Positions 53,566 through 63,000 of a stretch of DNA of 64,000 bases are shown here, piece by piece (position 1 is the stretch's first letter; each line of letters begins with the position of its first letter). The position numbers and the translations under genes were made by a program. The notes under the pieces are model-generated. The model was not told where the DNA came from, made no database searches, and saw only the letters and a list, made by a program, of their open reading frames with translations. Origin of the DNA: Nitrospinales bacterium (GTDB lineage: Bacteria > Nitrospinota > Nitrospinia > Nitrospinales > VA-1); assembly GCA_965262115.1 (NCBI GenBank), contig OZ253496.1, positions 1,984,001 to 2,048,000 of the forward strand, read 5' to 3'.

Positions 53566-54210
53566 TTAGTTCTTCAAGCTTTGGGAGGTTTCGGGAGATT
53601 CGGGATTGGTCATGCCAAAGGATATGATCATCTTCAAGCCTTCTTCCACGGACATTTCCATGGCAATGGTGTCCTTTTCCGGAACCATGAACAGGAATCC
53701 TGTCGTGGGATTGGGTGAGGTGGGGACAAATACATTGAGCATTTTTTCATCCGTCGCGTCCTTGATACCATCCGGTGTGTTGCAGCATACGATTCCCAGT
53801 GTTTTCAGTGGCTCGCGGGGATAGGTAATGAGAACCATTTTTTGAAAACTGGCTGTCTCGGTCAGGGAGAGGGTGTCCACAACCTTTTTGATACTCGTGT
53901 AAATAACCCGAACCACCGGAATTTGGTGAAGAAGTTTTTCTCCCAGGGCCACAATTTTTTTTCCGATAAAGTTTGTGCCAAACAGTCCCACCCCTATAAT
54001 AAACAGGGCGAGCAGGAGAAATCCCGTGCCCGGGATATTCCACTCCTCCAGCAACTGCATGCCTTGAGGCCCAAAGATTCCTTTGACCACCGGTGCCATG
54101 GCACTGTCTACGCGAGTGATGACAAAGGACAGGATTATATAGGTCAGGCCTGCCGGAATGGTTACCAGTAATCCGGCGATTAGATTTTTTTTGAATGTTT
54201 TTTTGAACAT
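53566..54210 (-). CDS. DUF502 membrane protein
   Basis: IPVVRVIY and VFVPTSPNPTTGF...MSVEEGLKMIISFG motifs. Confidence 0.92.
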   Translation of the reverse strand: MFKKTFKKNLIAGLLVTIPAGLTYIILSFVITRVDSAMAPVVKGIFGPQGMQLLEEWNIPGTGFLLLALFIIGVGLFGTNFIGKKIVALGEKLLHQIPVVRVIYTSIKKVVDTLSLTETASFQKMVLITYPREPLKTLGIVCCNTPDGIKDATDEKMLNVFVPTSPNPTTGFLFMVPEKDTIAMEMSVEEGLKMIISFGMTNPESPETSQSLKN

Positions 54211-54238
54211 GGAGGATTTCCTGCGGCCTGGTTTTCCT

Positions 54239-54900
54239 TTATTTCAGGGTCTTAATATGTTTTTTGACTTGAACGGATAATGCCGAATGACTGACTGAGG
54301 CCAATTCGACAAACCGTTGGTAAAAATGAATCGCAGATTTAATGTTTCCTTCATCTTCGTACAATACTGCAAGATTATAGTGGGTTCCCGCATGAGCTGG
54401 ATTGATTTTGAGAGCCTGGTTTAAAACGGACTTGGATCTTCCAAACAGGTCAATACGTTTATAGGCCACTGCCAGGTTGTTCAACGCCTCCAGATTCTCG
54501 GGGTCAATCAAGACCGCTTTTTGATAATTTCGAATAGCTCCAGGAAAATCTTTTTTGGCATAGTATACCACGCCAATATTATTATAAGGCTTTGCGTAAT
54601 CGGGGTTTAAATAAATAGCCCTGAGAAATTCTTCGATAGCCCGGTCGTATTGGCGCAATTCTTTGTAGATCACCCCTATATTGTTGTAAATGTTGGGGTT
54701 GTTGGCATCGAGTTTCACGGCTTTGGAATAATTTGTCAAAGCCTTTTCCCAATTTCGTGACTGCTGATAAAAAATAGCCTGATTGAAATAATAATCACTG
54801 CTTTTAAAAATATTTGGTTCCGATGGTGTCGAAAATGACATTGAGTCGATTTCGGGTGCGAAAGTCGTTGCGGCTGGCTTTTCGGAGTTAAAGAGGCAAC
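54239..54900 (-). pseudogene. TPR protein, 3' part only
   Basis: About five TPRs (YNNIGV, LNNLAV, HYNLAV); upstream sequence is joined out of frame to a pilin fragment. Confidence 0.7.
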
Positions 54901-54914
54901 AGGGGCTGGTTCCG

Positions 54915-55095
54915 GCATCATGGCCAGTTCCTGAACATACTGGATGTCTCCCCGAGCCGTATCCCCCGCCACCGACACATCAATGGTTGACGTGTCAAAC
55001 ATCGGGGCGGCCACGGCCCCGATAATTCCCATCACCAGTATCACGCTGATAATCTCAATCAGTGTGAAGCCTTTTGTATTTTTCAAATGCTTCAT
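54915..55095 (-). pseudogene. Type IV prepilin-like gene, N-terminal fragment
   Basis: MKHLKNTKG|FTLIEIISVILVMGII class III signal; similarity ends at YVQELAMM. Confidence 0.75.
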
Positions 55096-55341
55096 GCAAC
55101 TCACTCTAGGCAGAAACGTGTGAAAAGCTCTCCAACTACAATTATAGGAGCGGAAAAAAGGGCTGTCAAAAAAGAACCGCCAGTTCTTCATGAGCCGCTT
55201 TAGATGGTTTTTACAGAAAAATTGTCAACCATTTTACCTGATTTTATTCATAGCGAATGGTATAAGGGTGATGTGGTGCCTCATACTGAATGTTATGTGT
55301 AAGAAAGCGATAGAAATCGAATATGGAGTAAGTAAGAAGCT

Positions 55342-56394
55342 ATGAGATACTTTTTATATAGGAAGAAAGGTAGAGAAGTCCTGCCCGTTGAGGACAAAGG
55401 CTCAAATAAACTGGCAAAAGAAAAATTAGAATCTTTCTACCAACAAAAGGAGCAATTAAAAATTCCAAAAAGATTTATCAATGAATGGGATAGTGTTGCA
55501 TTATTTCATTCACAAGGTGAGATAGAAAAAGCTAATGCCATTATGATTCCTGAAGAAAAATCTACATTTGCACTAAACAATACTTTAAATGACCTAACAG
55601 CCAAGGAATGGTTGCCTGAGACAGTTTCAGTGTTTAGTCAAAAAGGATTAGGAGCAAACCATAAAAATGCTCAAATTGAAAAACAACATCCAGCACCTTT
55701 TTCTTTTCAAGATATTGGGAGACTTTTACAATTTTATACTAAAGAAAATCAAAAAGTATTAGACCCTTTCTCAGGAGTGGCATCTACAGTAAAGGCTTGT
55801 GCCATAAATGACAGAATTGGATATGGAATAGAACTAAATTTGAAATACCATCAACTTGGCTTAGAGAGAATAGAAAAGGAAATATCTGATTCAAGCAAAT
55901 ACAAAAATAAACAAAGTCTGATTCACGGAGATAGTAAGAAAGAGATAAAAAAATTCAAGAAAGATTTTTTTGATTTTATCATTACAAGTCCTCCATATTG
56001 GAATATCTTGGATACTGTTGATCACAAAAATGGAGCGAGAGTGGAAAATGGATTAGATCATAAATATAGTGAAGAAAAAAACGACTTGGCAAATATTGAA
56101 GTATACAATAATTTTTTAGAAGAGTTATCCTCGTTTTTTAATAACTGTTCAAAATATCTAAAAAAGAATAAATATTTGAATGTTATTGTTAGTGACTTCA
56201 GGAAAAAAAATAAGTATTTTATTTTTCACGCAGACCTTGCTAGAGAAATTGAAAAGAAAGGAAATTTTCAAATTAAAGGAATCAGAATATTATATCAAAG
56301 ACACAAAAGCATTTACCCGTACGGTTACCCTTTCTCTTTTGTGCCGAATTTACATCACCAAAATGTCCTGATATTCCAAAACAGAAAGAAGTAA
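55342..56394 (+). CDS. Amino DNA methyltransferase, motif I before SPPY (probably m4C)
   Basis: HPAPF and VLDPFSGVAST motifs, then TSPPYW. Confidence 0.9.
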   Translation: MRYFLYRKKGREVLPVEDKGSNKLAKEKLESFYQQKEQLKIPKRFINEWDSVALFHSQGEIEKANAIMIPEEKSTFALNNTLNDLTAKEWLPETVSVFSQKGLGANHKNAQIEKQHPAPFSFQDIGRLLQFYTKENQKVLDPFSGVASTVKACAINDRIGYGIELNLKYHQLGLERIEKEISDSSKYKNKQSLIHGDSKKEIKKFKKDFFDFIITSPPYWNILDTVDHKNGARVENGLDHKYSEEKNDLANIEVYNNFLEELSSFFNNCSKYLKKNKYLNVIVSDFRKKNKYFIFHADLAREIEKKGNFQIKGIRILYQRHKSIYPYGYPFSFVPNLHHQNVLIFQNRKK

Positions 56395-57164
56395 TGATCG
56401 AATTGAACAAAATACATATTGGTGATTGCATTAAAGGAATGCAGAAAATTGAAAATGAATCTGTTGATTTAATAATTGCTGACCCACCATATAATTTGAA
56501 TAAAGATTTTGGCGAAAGTAGTGCGAGATGGAATAATACCTATGATTGGTTGAAATGGTCAAAGGCATGGATTGATGTTGGTATTTCAAAGTTGAAGCCA
56601 ACAGGCTCAATCTTTATTTATGGGATACATCATTATCTATGTTACATCCAAGTGTATTTATACGAAAAAGAATTAAATTACAGAAGACAACTAATTTGGC
56701 ATTATGAAAATGGGTTTTCTACTTATCAAAAAACACCTTCTGCTACTTATGAAGCCATCTTGTGGTTTTCAAAGTCGGACAAATTTACATATCATAAGAT
56801 TAGAGAGCCATACAAAAGTCAAAAAAGACTAAAAAATAAAATAACAAAAAATGGTAAAGTTTGGAAACCACATCCAGAGGGGAGACATACGGGGGATGTC
56901 TGGAATATTCCTGTTCTTGCAGGTAAAAGATTTGAAAAAGAAAAGGTAAATCATCCGACACAAAAACCCTTAAAACTTTGTGATAGAATCATCAATCATT
57001 TTTCTAATGAGGGAGATTTAGTGTTAATACCTTTTGGAGGTTCAGGAAGTGAGTGTGTTAGTGCTTTAAAAAACAAAAGGGAATTCATAGCTTTTGAGGC
57101 AAACAAAGGATACGTCAAGATTGCCAATATTCGGTTGGCCGAAGCCACTGACCTACTCCAATAA
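56394..57164 (+). CDS. Beta-class amino DNA methyltransferase (probably m6A)
   Basis: ADPPYN, HPTQKP and IPFGGSGS motifs. Confidence 0.92.
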   Translation: MIELNKIHIGDCIKGMQKIENESVDLIIADPPYNLNKDFGESSARWNNTYDWLKWSKAWIDVGISKLKPTGSIFIYGIHHYLCYIQVYLYEKELNYRRQLIWHYENGFSTYQKTPSATYEAILWFSKSDKFTYHKIREPYKSQKRLKNKITKNGKVWKPHPEGRHTGDVWNIPVLAGKRFEKEKVNHPTQKPLKLCDRIINHFSNEGDLVLIPFGGSGSECVSALKNKREFIAFEANKGYVKIANIRLAEATDLLQ

Positions 57165-57278
57165 ACCAGTTTGGGTAAATAATTAATGACTTTGTAGGTA
57201 TAAAAAGGATGTGAAAATTTTCCACATCAGTTTAATGATTTAGAAAAATTATTTAATGCTCTTCTTGTTGTCAAGGAA

Positions 57279-58466
57279 TTGATTGATGACGAAACACCTT
57301 TAAAAGACGATAATTTTGGAGAATTATTAGCTCGTAAACAGATTTATACTTATCGAGATAAGGTGCTCTCAATTGACCAGTTTTTAGCCCAGGAAGAGGC
57401 GAAGCCGAGAGCAAGTAGAGGATATTTAACTGTTGCCAGAGATATTAGGCGTTTGTTTCAGCTATTGGGATTTTTAACCGTATTTGAAGACAAGTCCGCT
57501 AAATTTAGCGTAGTAGGAATTCAATTATTAGCTTCTCCATCTGGTGAAATTAGAAAAGAGTTGTGGAAAAACGCATTCTTGCAGTTAGGCTTAGAAGGAA
57601 CGGACGGAGAAATCAGTCATCCATATAGGATTCTGCTCAAATTAGTTCGGGACAAACCTGGTTTAGAAACCCAAAAATTGATGCTAGCTTTAGAAGCGGA
57701 GAATAACTCTGATGAGGAGTATAAACGAATAATCAATCTTACGGCAAAGTCACTTGAAGAAATTATTGATAGCACAGGGACAAGCAATTCAATGGCAAAA
57801 AATGCTGTAAAAATATTACCAGCAATTGCTGAACAACTTGGTGATATTACAAGGCAAAATGGTAAAGCATCCCCAATTGGGGAAGTTGTTGTCACAGAGG
57901 ATGAAATTATAACAGAAATTCCTAATGAGGCAGTAAACGATCAAGGAATATTATATTCTCAATACAGAAAAGTTTTATCGGGTGATATTGCAAAAGACCC
58001 AATATTCAATAAGATTTCTACTGTTAGTATAGATTTAGCAGAATCAATAAGAATCAGGCAGGATAGACTTGCACTTTATCAGCAGATAGTTAGAAAATTA
58101 GGACTGATCTGCGATAAAAGAAGATTTGAGTTATACGAGGGTAAATTTGATTGTTTGGCATTAAAGCCAGAAAAAGCCTTACTTTTCGAAGGAAAGACAA
58201 TTAAAGATAGTTCTTCGGATCAAGAGAAACAAACAATAAAAGGCGTTGGGCAATTAAAATATTACAATTATTCAATTATCTATAAACAAATGAAATTTTC
58301 TAATGGGAAAGAATTTATTGTTTATTCGCAACAACCTAATGCGGATTTAATTGAATTCTGTCACTCTGAAAATATCGAAGTAGTCTGGATTGAGAATGAT
58401 GAATTTTTCATTGAAAATAGAGAAACTTTAGGAGCAATTAAATTTGACCCGTTGAATTTTATATAA
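57279..58466 (+). CDS. Putative restriction endonuclease with a C-terminal PD-(D/E)xK domain (5' end uncertain or damaged)
   Basis: FDCLA...LLFEGK...GVGQLKYY; frame open to 57204; an in-frame ATG at 57186 is followed by two stops. Confidence 0.7.
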   Translation: MIDDETPLKDDNFGELLARKQIYTYRDKVLSIDQFLAQEEAKPRASRGYLTVARDIRRLFQLLGFLTVFEDKSAKFSVVGIQLLASPSGEIRKELWKNAFLQLGLEGTDGEISHPYRILLKLVRDKPGLETQKLMLALEAENNSDEEYKRIINLTAKSLEEIIDSTGTSNSMAKNAVKILPAIAEQLGDITRQNGKASPIGEVVVTEDEIITEIPNEAVNDQGILYSQYRKVLSGDIAKDPIFNKISTVSIDLAESIRIRQDRLALYQQIVRKLGLICDKRRFELYEGKFDCLALKPEKALLFEGKTIKDSSSDQEKQTIKGVGQLKYYNYSIIYKQMKFSNGKEFIVYSQQPNADLIEFCHSENIEVVWIENDEFFIENRETLGAIKFDPLNFI

Positions 58467-58475
58467 AGAGTACAA

Positions 58476-58790
58476 ATGAATAAAAAAGATAAAACTAAAA
58501 TTCAGATACTTGCTCGTGAAGGAAAGCAACTTTCAAAAATTATGTAGCAAGATTTTCCTGAATATGAGTATTGGGAAATTTATGAGGCTGTGCATGATGG
58601 TAGTGGTAAGAGTGTATTGGGTGTAAAACGAACTATAGCTAACCGCTTGGCAACCTTGACCAGCACTGGTAGAAGACAAGAGCGTAAGGCTGTAGTAAAA
58701 GAAGTTGAAGATTTGGTGTGGCATCTTTATAAAAGCCTAAAAACAGGCCAACAAAAGTTCCAGTCAATTAGAAAGATACTAGACAAATAA
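58476..58790 (+). pseudogene. Small helical protein with an internal TAG (58545)
   Basis: MNKKDKTKIQILAREGKQLSKIM*QDFPEYEYWEIY...KILDK* in one frame. Confidence 0.65.
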
Positions 58791-58791
58791 A

Positions 58792-58867
58792 ACATAACAA
58801 GGCCAATTAACGCAGATGATTTACTACGTTGCGCCCCGTAAATTTCCGGTTATGCGAGGTGTTACGC
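58792..58867 (+). other. attC recombination site
   Basis: ACATAAC...TAAC(G)C...ATTTAC/GTAAAT...GGTTA...GTTACGC, 76 bp, between a stop codon and the next RBS. Confidence 0.8.
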
Positions 58868-58889
58868 CAATGAAAAGGAGAATACATGA

Positions 58890-59269
58890 ATGGCTACTAA
58901 AAGAATATTCATCAGCTTTGCGATTGAAGATTCTCAGTATCGTGATTTATTAAAAGGACAGTCACTTATACGACTTCACTATTTACATATACAGATATGT
59001 CTGCCAAACAAGCATGGGACAGTAAATGGAAAACTAATTGCCGTACCCGAATTAAAGGGTGCGATGGTGTTATTGCACTAATCAGCAAAAATACAAAAAA
59101 TGCAGATGGTGCTAAATGGGAAATGCAGTGCGCAAATGATGAGGAAATACCAATGATTGGCATACATATTCATAAAGATGATAAAGGGCAAATCCCACCA
59201 CAGTTGGCAAATAAAAATGTTGTTAACTGGTCATGGGATGCTATTGGGAACTTTATAAATGGGTTGTAA
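58890..59269 (+). pseudogene. TIR-domain protein (ThsB/MTH538-DUF1863-like), frameshift near 58967
   Basis: KRIFISF...RDLLKGQ then DMSAKQAW...CRTRIKGCDGVIALIS...KWEMQCA (catalytic-type Glu). Confidence 0.85.
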
Positions 59270-59275
59270 AAATCA

Positions 59276-59773
59276 GTGGTAGCCTCACAGGATGAATATG
59301 GTGAGGCTTATAAACTTCATTTGCTTGAGCAATATAAGCTATATGTTGAAATGGCTGATAGGATAAGTAGTAGAAGGCAAACTGCAAATTCCTTTTTCTT
59401 GTCAGTTAATACAGCAGTTATTGTTTTAGTGGGATATGTAAACTTTGAGAGTAAAACAGTTTCTGAATTTTATTGGCTAGTTTCTCTCTCTGGCATAGCC
59501 TTATGTTTTATGTGGTGCAGGCTTATACGCTCTTATAGAGATTTGAATTCTGCAAAGTTCAAGGTTATCTGTGAAATAGAGGCGTTATTGCCTGTTTAAC
59601 TATATGGCATGGAGTGGAAGAATGTAGAGGAAGGAAGAAACTCAAAGCTATACTTACCATTTACTCATATAGAAATCTTCATTCCTTGGATATTTTTATT
59701 TATTCATGTATTTGTATTCCTCAAAGCAACATCCTTGTTCTCGGTTTTAATGCAGGTATGTGGTAGCAAATAA
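59276..59773 (+). pseudogene. Small 3-TM membrane protein (effector-like) with an internal TAA at 59597
   Basis: LEQYKLYVEMADRISSRRQTANSFFLSVNT, two TMs, LNSAKF.VI..IE..LP; the frame continues past the stop through EW...YLPFTHIE and a third TM. Confidence 0.8.
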
Positions 59774-59779
59774 ATAATG

Positions 59780-59885
59780 GTACAACAAAGCAAATTCACT
59801 TGGATGTCAAAAAGTGCCGCCTCGCTCTGCATCTTTATTTTGCCGGTGAAAGCATTGGCGGACCAAATGAGTAGCGGTGTTAGCT
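59780..59885 (+). other. Degenerate or hybrid attC site
   Basis: GTACAAC...TTCAC(T)TGG / CCGGTGAA; the GTTAGCT box is displaced by about 20 bp. Confidence 0.55.
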
Positions 59886-60003
59886 ACTTCGAGCAGTTTG
59901 TCTGGGACTTGGAAAAGCGCGGGGTATCAAACATTGATGTTCCTGTAATGATTATTGGTATTGATGTGGATTAGTAACGAAAAGTATTTACAGCCGGGTT
60001 TGT

Positions 60004-61122
60004 TCAGGCGGGCAGTTGGCACATATCCTGGTGATTCGATTTGCGTTTGGAGTTTCCATTTTTCCCGTTAGGCTGGCTATAGCGGAAAACTTTTCCTTCA
60101 TAGTTGGTGATGACCACTTCATGTTCGTTGTGCTCGACGACACTGTTGGGGAGCAGTCTTACTTTGCCGCCTCCGCCCGGGGCGTCGATCACGAAATAGG
60201 GCACCGCCATGCCGGAGGTGTGGCCCATGAGGTCTCGCAAAATGTCGAGGCCTTTTTCTACCGAGGTGCGAAAGTGGTCGGTCCCCTCCGTCATGTCAGC
60301 CTGATAAATATAATAAGGTTTGATGCGGTTCTTCAGCAATTTCAGCATCAACTCTTTCATGATCTGTGAATCGTCATTGACCCCCTTTAGCAATACTGTC
60401 TGACTGCCTAAGGGGATGCCGCTGTCGGCAAGCATGGCACAAGCTTTTTCCACTTCAGGAGTGATCTCCGCAGGGTGGTTAAAGTGCATATTGAAATACA
60501 GTGGGTGGTATTTTTTTAATATCGAGCACAGGTTTTCCGTCACCCTGGCTGGCAAGGTTCCGGGAACCCGTGTGCCAATGCGAATGATTTCCAGATGCGG
60601 GATGGAGCGCAGCTCACCGAGGATTCTGTCCAGTTCTTTATCGGGGACGAGAAGCGGGTCTCCGCCGGACATGATCACGTCACGGATTTCAGGATTGTTG
60701 CGGATGTATTCAATGCCCTGTCTGAGTGTTTCACGGGTGACGATTCCGGGAAAACCGATTTTCCGCTTTCTCGTGCAGAACCGGCAGACAATGGGGCATT
60801 GGTTGTTGATCATCAGCAGTACCCGGTCCGGATAGCGATGCACCAACTCGGGAACGGGCATATCGCCTTCCTCATTAAGCGGATCGGAGACCAGGGTCTC
60901 TCCATCTATATAGTCGTCCAACTCTTCGAGGGTGGGTACCACCTGTTTCCATAAAGGGTCATTGGGACCCTTAATGAGATTCAGGAAATAGGAATTGATG
61001 CGTATGGGGTAGAGTTCGCCTACCTTCTTAAGTCGTTCCCTATATTCATGAGATTCGGGAATGAACGGCAGGTCTTCAATCTTCACCGCGCTCTGGCTGA
61101 GTTGTTGTTGCCAAGGCTCCAT
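60004..61122 (-). CDS. KamA-family radical SAM/PLP aminomutase
   Basis: HRYPDRVL, CPIVCRFCTR, SGGDPL, HFNHPAE, QTVLLKGVND and DAPGGGGK motifs. Confidence 0.93.
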   Translation of the reverse strand: MEPWQQQLSQSAVKIEDLPFIPESHEYRERLKKVGELYPIRINSYFLNLIKGPNDPLWKQVVPTLEELDDYIDGETLVSDPLNEEGDMPVPELVHRYPDRVLLMINNQCPIVCRFCTRKRKIGFPGIVTRETLRQGIEYIRNNPEIRDVIMSGGDPLLVPDKELDRILGELRSIPHLEIIRIGTRVPGTLPARVTENLCSILKKYHPLYFNMHFNHPAEITPEVEKACAMLADSGIPLGSQTVLLKGVNDDSQIMKELMLKLLKNRIKPYYIYQADMTEGTDHFRTSVEKGLDILRDLMGHTSGMAVPYFVIDAPGGGGKVRLLPNSVVEHNEHEVVITNYEGKVFRYSQPNGKNGNSKRKSNHQDMCQLPA

Positions 61123-61248
61123 GTTTTTTCCTTATTTTTGTGGCCAGCGTGACGCTGGACTCAATTTGCAATAACTTTTGCTTGCTAGCAATCGTCCATG
61201 ATGTCTCAAACGAGCCCTTGCCAGTTGCCTCCACGGCTAGTGGGAAGA

Positions 61249-61485
61249 TTAAGAATTGACCGGATAGGTCTTTTTAAGATAGTCGATGATTTCGTATTCA
61301 TCGTCAAGGACGACACCACCATCCACCAAAACCGGAACGGTGGTTTGCCCAGATATTTCGTGAACTTCCTGGCGCTGATGATGAGGCCAAGGGACATCTA
61401 TTTTTTCATATTCCAGACTCATTTGCGCCAGAACATCTCTAACCATAGCGCAGTAACCGCATCCGTCTAAATTATAGAGTTTCAT
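61249..61485 (-). CDS. Glutaredoxin/GST-N-like protein
   Basis: CGYC and SGQTTVPVLVD...IIDYL motifs. Confidence 0.9.
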   Translation of the reverse strand: MKLYNLDGCGYCAMVRDVLAQMSLEYEKIDVPWPHHQRQEVHEISGQTTVPVLVDGGVVLDDEYEIIDYLKKTYPVNS

Positions 61486-61495
61486 AATTATAAAA

Positions 61496-62896
61496 CTACC
61501 TTGAGTCTTTTATGGCACAGGGCATCATCACCGCGTCGGCCATACCGTGAATTTTCTTTTTATCCTGTGGGCAAAGCGTCGCCAGAATTCCCGCCAGATG
61601 AGTGGTGTTTTCCACCACAAAATAGTAAGGCGTCAGCCGCACCCGGCTCTGCATGGTTTCCATCTGGCCCGAATTGCGGTCCAGATACGAAACCGGCACC
61701 CGTTTTCCCTTGTAAAACTTCTGTAAAATCGAAGTTTGGTCGGGGAATTGTTGCAAACCTTTCGTCAAGGTCTCCCGCCAAACTTCTCCAGAAACATCGT
61801 GCCCGACCACAACCCCCCGGCTTCCCCAGGATTCCGGTGAGAAACCCGAAGGCTTGATCACCATTTCGCGTTCCTTTTGGGTCAAACCCATCAATTCCTG
61901 CCAGTCCTGAACCGGAGCGCCTTTTAACTGCAATCCCGGAATCACCCCAAAAGGAGGCATGGAACGAGAATCGAGAACCCATGTTTCAGGAATTAGATGA
62001 GATAAGGTGTTAAAAGTTTCAGAACCCAATGCTTTTTCCCAATCCGCTTTCAGAGCAGGATGATGGAATAATGCAAAACTGAGTTTTTCCTCCAAGCAGG
62101 TTTTGTAAGGGGGGGTGGTCACGACCTGGCCCTTTTTTGCCGCATACATCATCAATTCGGATTTTGGGATGTTTTTGAGATCAAATAACTCGAAAAAACG
62201 ATACAGGACATCGATGCGAAGCCATTTCCCTTCATCCTGGATGAAAAGCCCCTCTTCGCGAAATTGAACCTCTTTGGGGTGCACCGTGTATGCCGGAAAA
62301 CCCTTTCCATTTAACAGGGTGGCCAGCCACTCCATCTCGCTTCGATAGTCATGGGCTTCATCAGAGACGACAATGGCGATGCAGGGATTTTCCCCCTTGG
62401 CCAGCGATTCGGCCATGTTGTAAAACAGCGATGGGATTCCACCCTCAGAGTCGCCAATAATCTGCCATGAGGGGTCTTTATAGAGGGACATGAGTTCAGC
62501 GGTCAGGCCGAACCCTCCGGGAACCGAGTCCAGTTCCGTCACAGCAAAGCCATCTTCCGTCACAATCACATCAGGTCTGATGATAGATGGCAAGGTCTGG
62601 CGAAACCGCTTCATTCGGCCAAACTCGATCAACTCGGCAGGTTTGCCTGCATCCAGATACTGATAGAACCACTTGGTTTCTTTGGCACTTTCCAGATAAA
62701 GTTTGTTCCAGGCGGAGTAGAATTTAAGGAGTTGGGGGCCAAGTTGGTGGAAAAACTCTGCGTCTTCTGAAGAGAGAAAAAACGGTTCCGGCGAAATCCG
62801 CCAGCGGTTTCCAGAATTTTCTGACTCCGCAAACAAGCCGGAACGGGTCAGCGAGGTCTGGATTTCAGTGCAAATGTTTTCAGGTTGGGCAATCAT
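61496..62896 (-). CDS. Uncharacterised ATP-grasp ligase (glutathione/glutathionylspermidine-synthetase-like fold)
   Basis: RPDV...VTELDSVPGG, VLYRFFE, VIKP...WGSRGV and ILQKF motifs. Confidence 0.7.
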   Translation of the reverse strand: MIAQPENICTEIQTSLTRSGLFAESENSGNRWRISPEPFFLSSEDAEFFHQLGPQLLKFYSAWNKLYLESAKETKWFYQYLDAGKPAELIEFGRMKRFRQTLPSIIRPDVIVTEDGFAVTELDSVPGGFGLTAELMSLYKDPSWQIIGDSEGGIPSLFYNMAESLAKGENPCIAIVVSDEAHDYRSEMEWLATLLNGKGFPAYTVHPKEVQFREEGLFIQDEGKWLRIDVLYRFFELFDLKNIPKSELMMYAAKKGQVVTTPPYKTCLEEKLSFALFHHPALKADWEKALGSETFNTLSHLIPETWVLDSRSMPPFGVIPGLQLKGAPVQDWQELMGLTQKEREMVIKPSGFSPESWGSRGVVVGHDVSGEVWRETLTKGLQQFPDQTSILQKFYKGKRVPVSYLDRNSGQMETMQSRVRLTPYYFVVENTTHLAGILATLCPQDKKKIHGMADAVMMPCAIKDSR

Positions 62897-63000
62897 GCGT
62901 CCTCAGACTAAAAAAATAAACCTTAATTGTCAAATTTGCTGTCAGCAGATAGGGTGTTACAATATCCACCTTATAATGTAACCACTTAGATAAAGAAACC

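Larger units (their letters stand above)
55293..58861 (+). mobile_element. Integron-type gene cassette carrying an RM system
   Basis: Begins G|TTATGT (55292-98) and ends in an attC whose R'' ACATAAC is the exact complement; the interior is AT-rich. Confidence 0.65.

Noticed and set aside
58545..59599. In-frame stops as recoding (Sec, Pyl or an alternative code)
   Set aside because: The stop types are mixed (TAG, TAA, TGA) and occur alongside frameshifts, and TAG/TGA end normal genes here; decay is the simpler explanation.
59777..59974. 65-aa ORF after the membrane-protein gene
   Set aside because: It lies over the attC-like site and is probably spurious.
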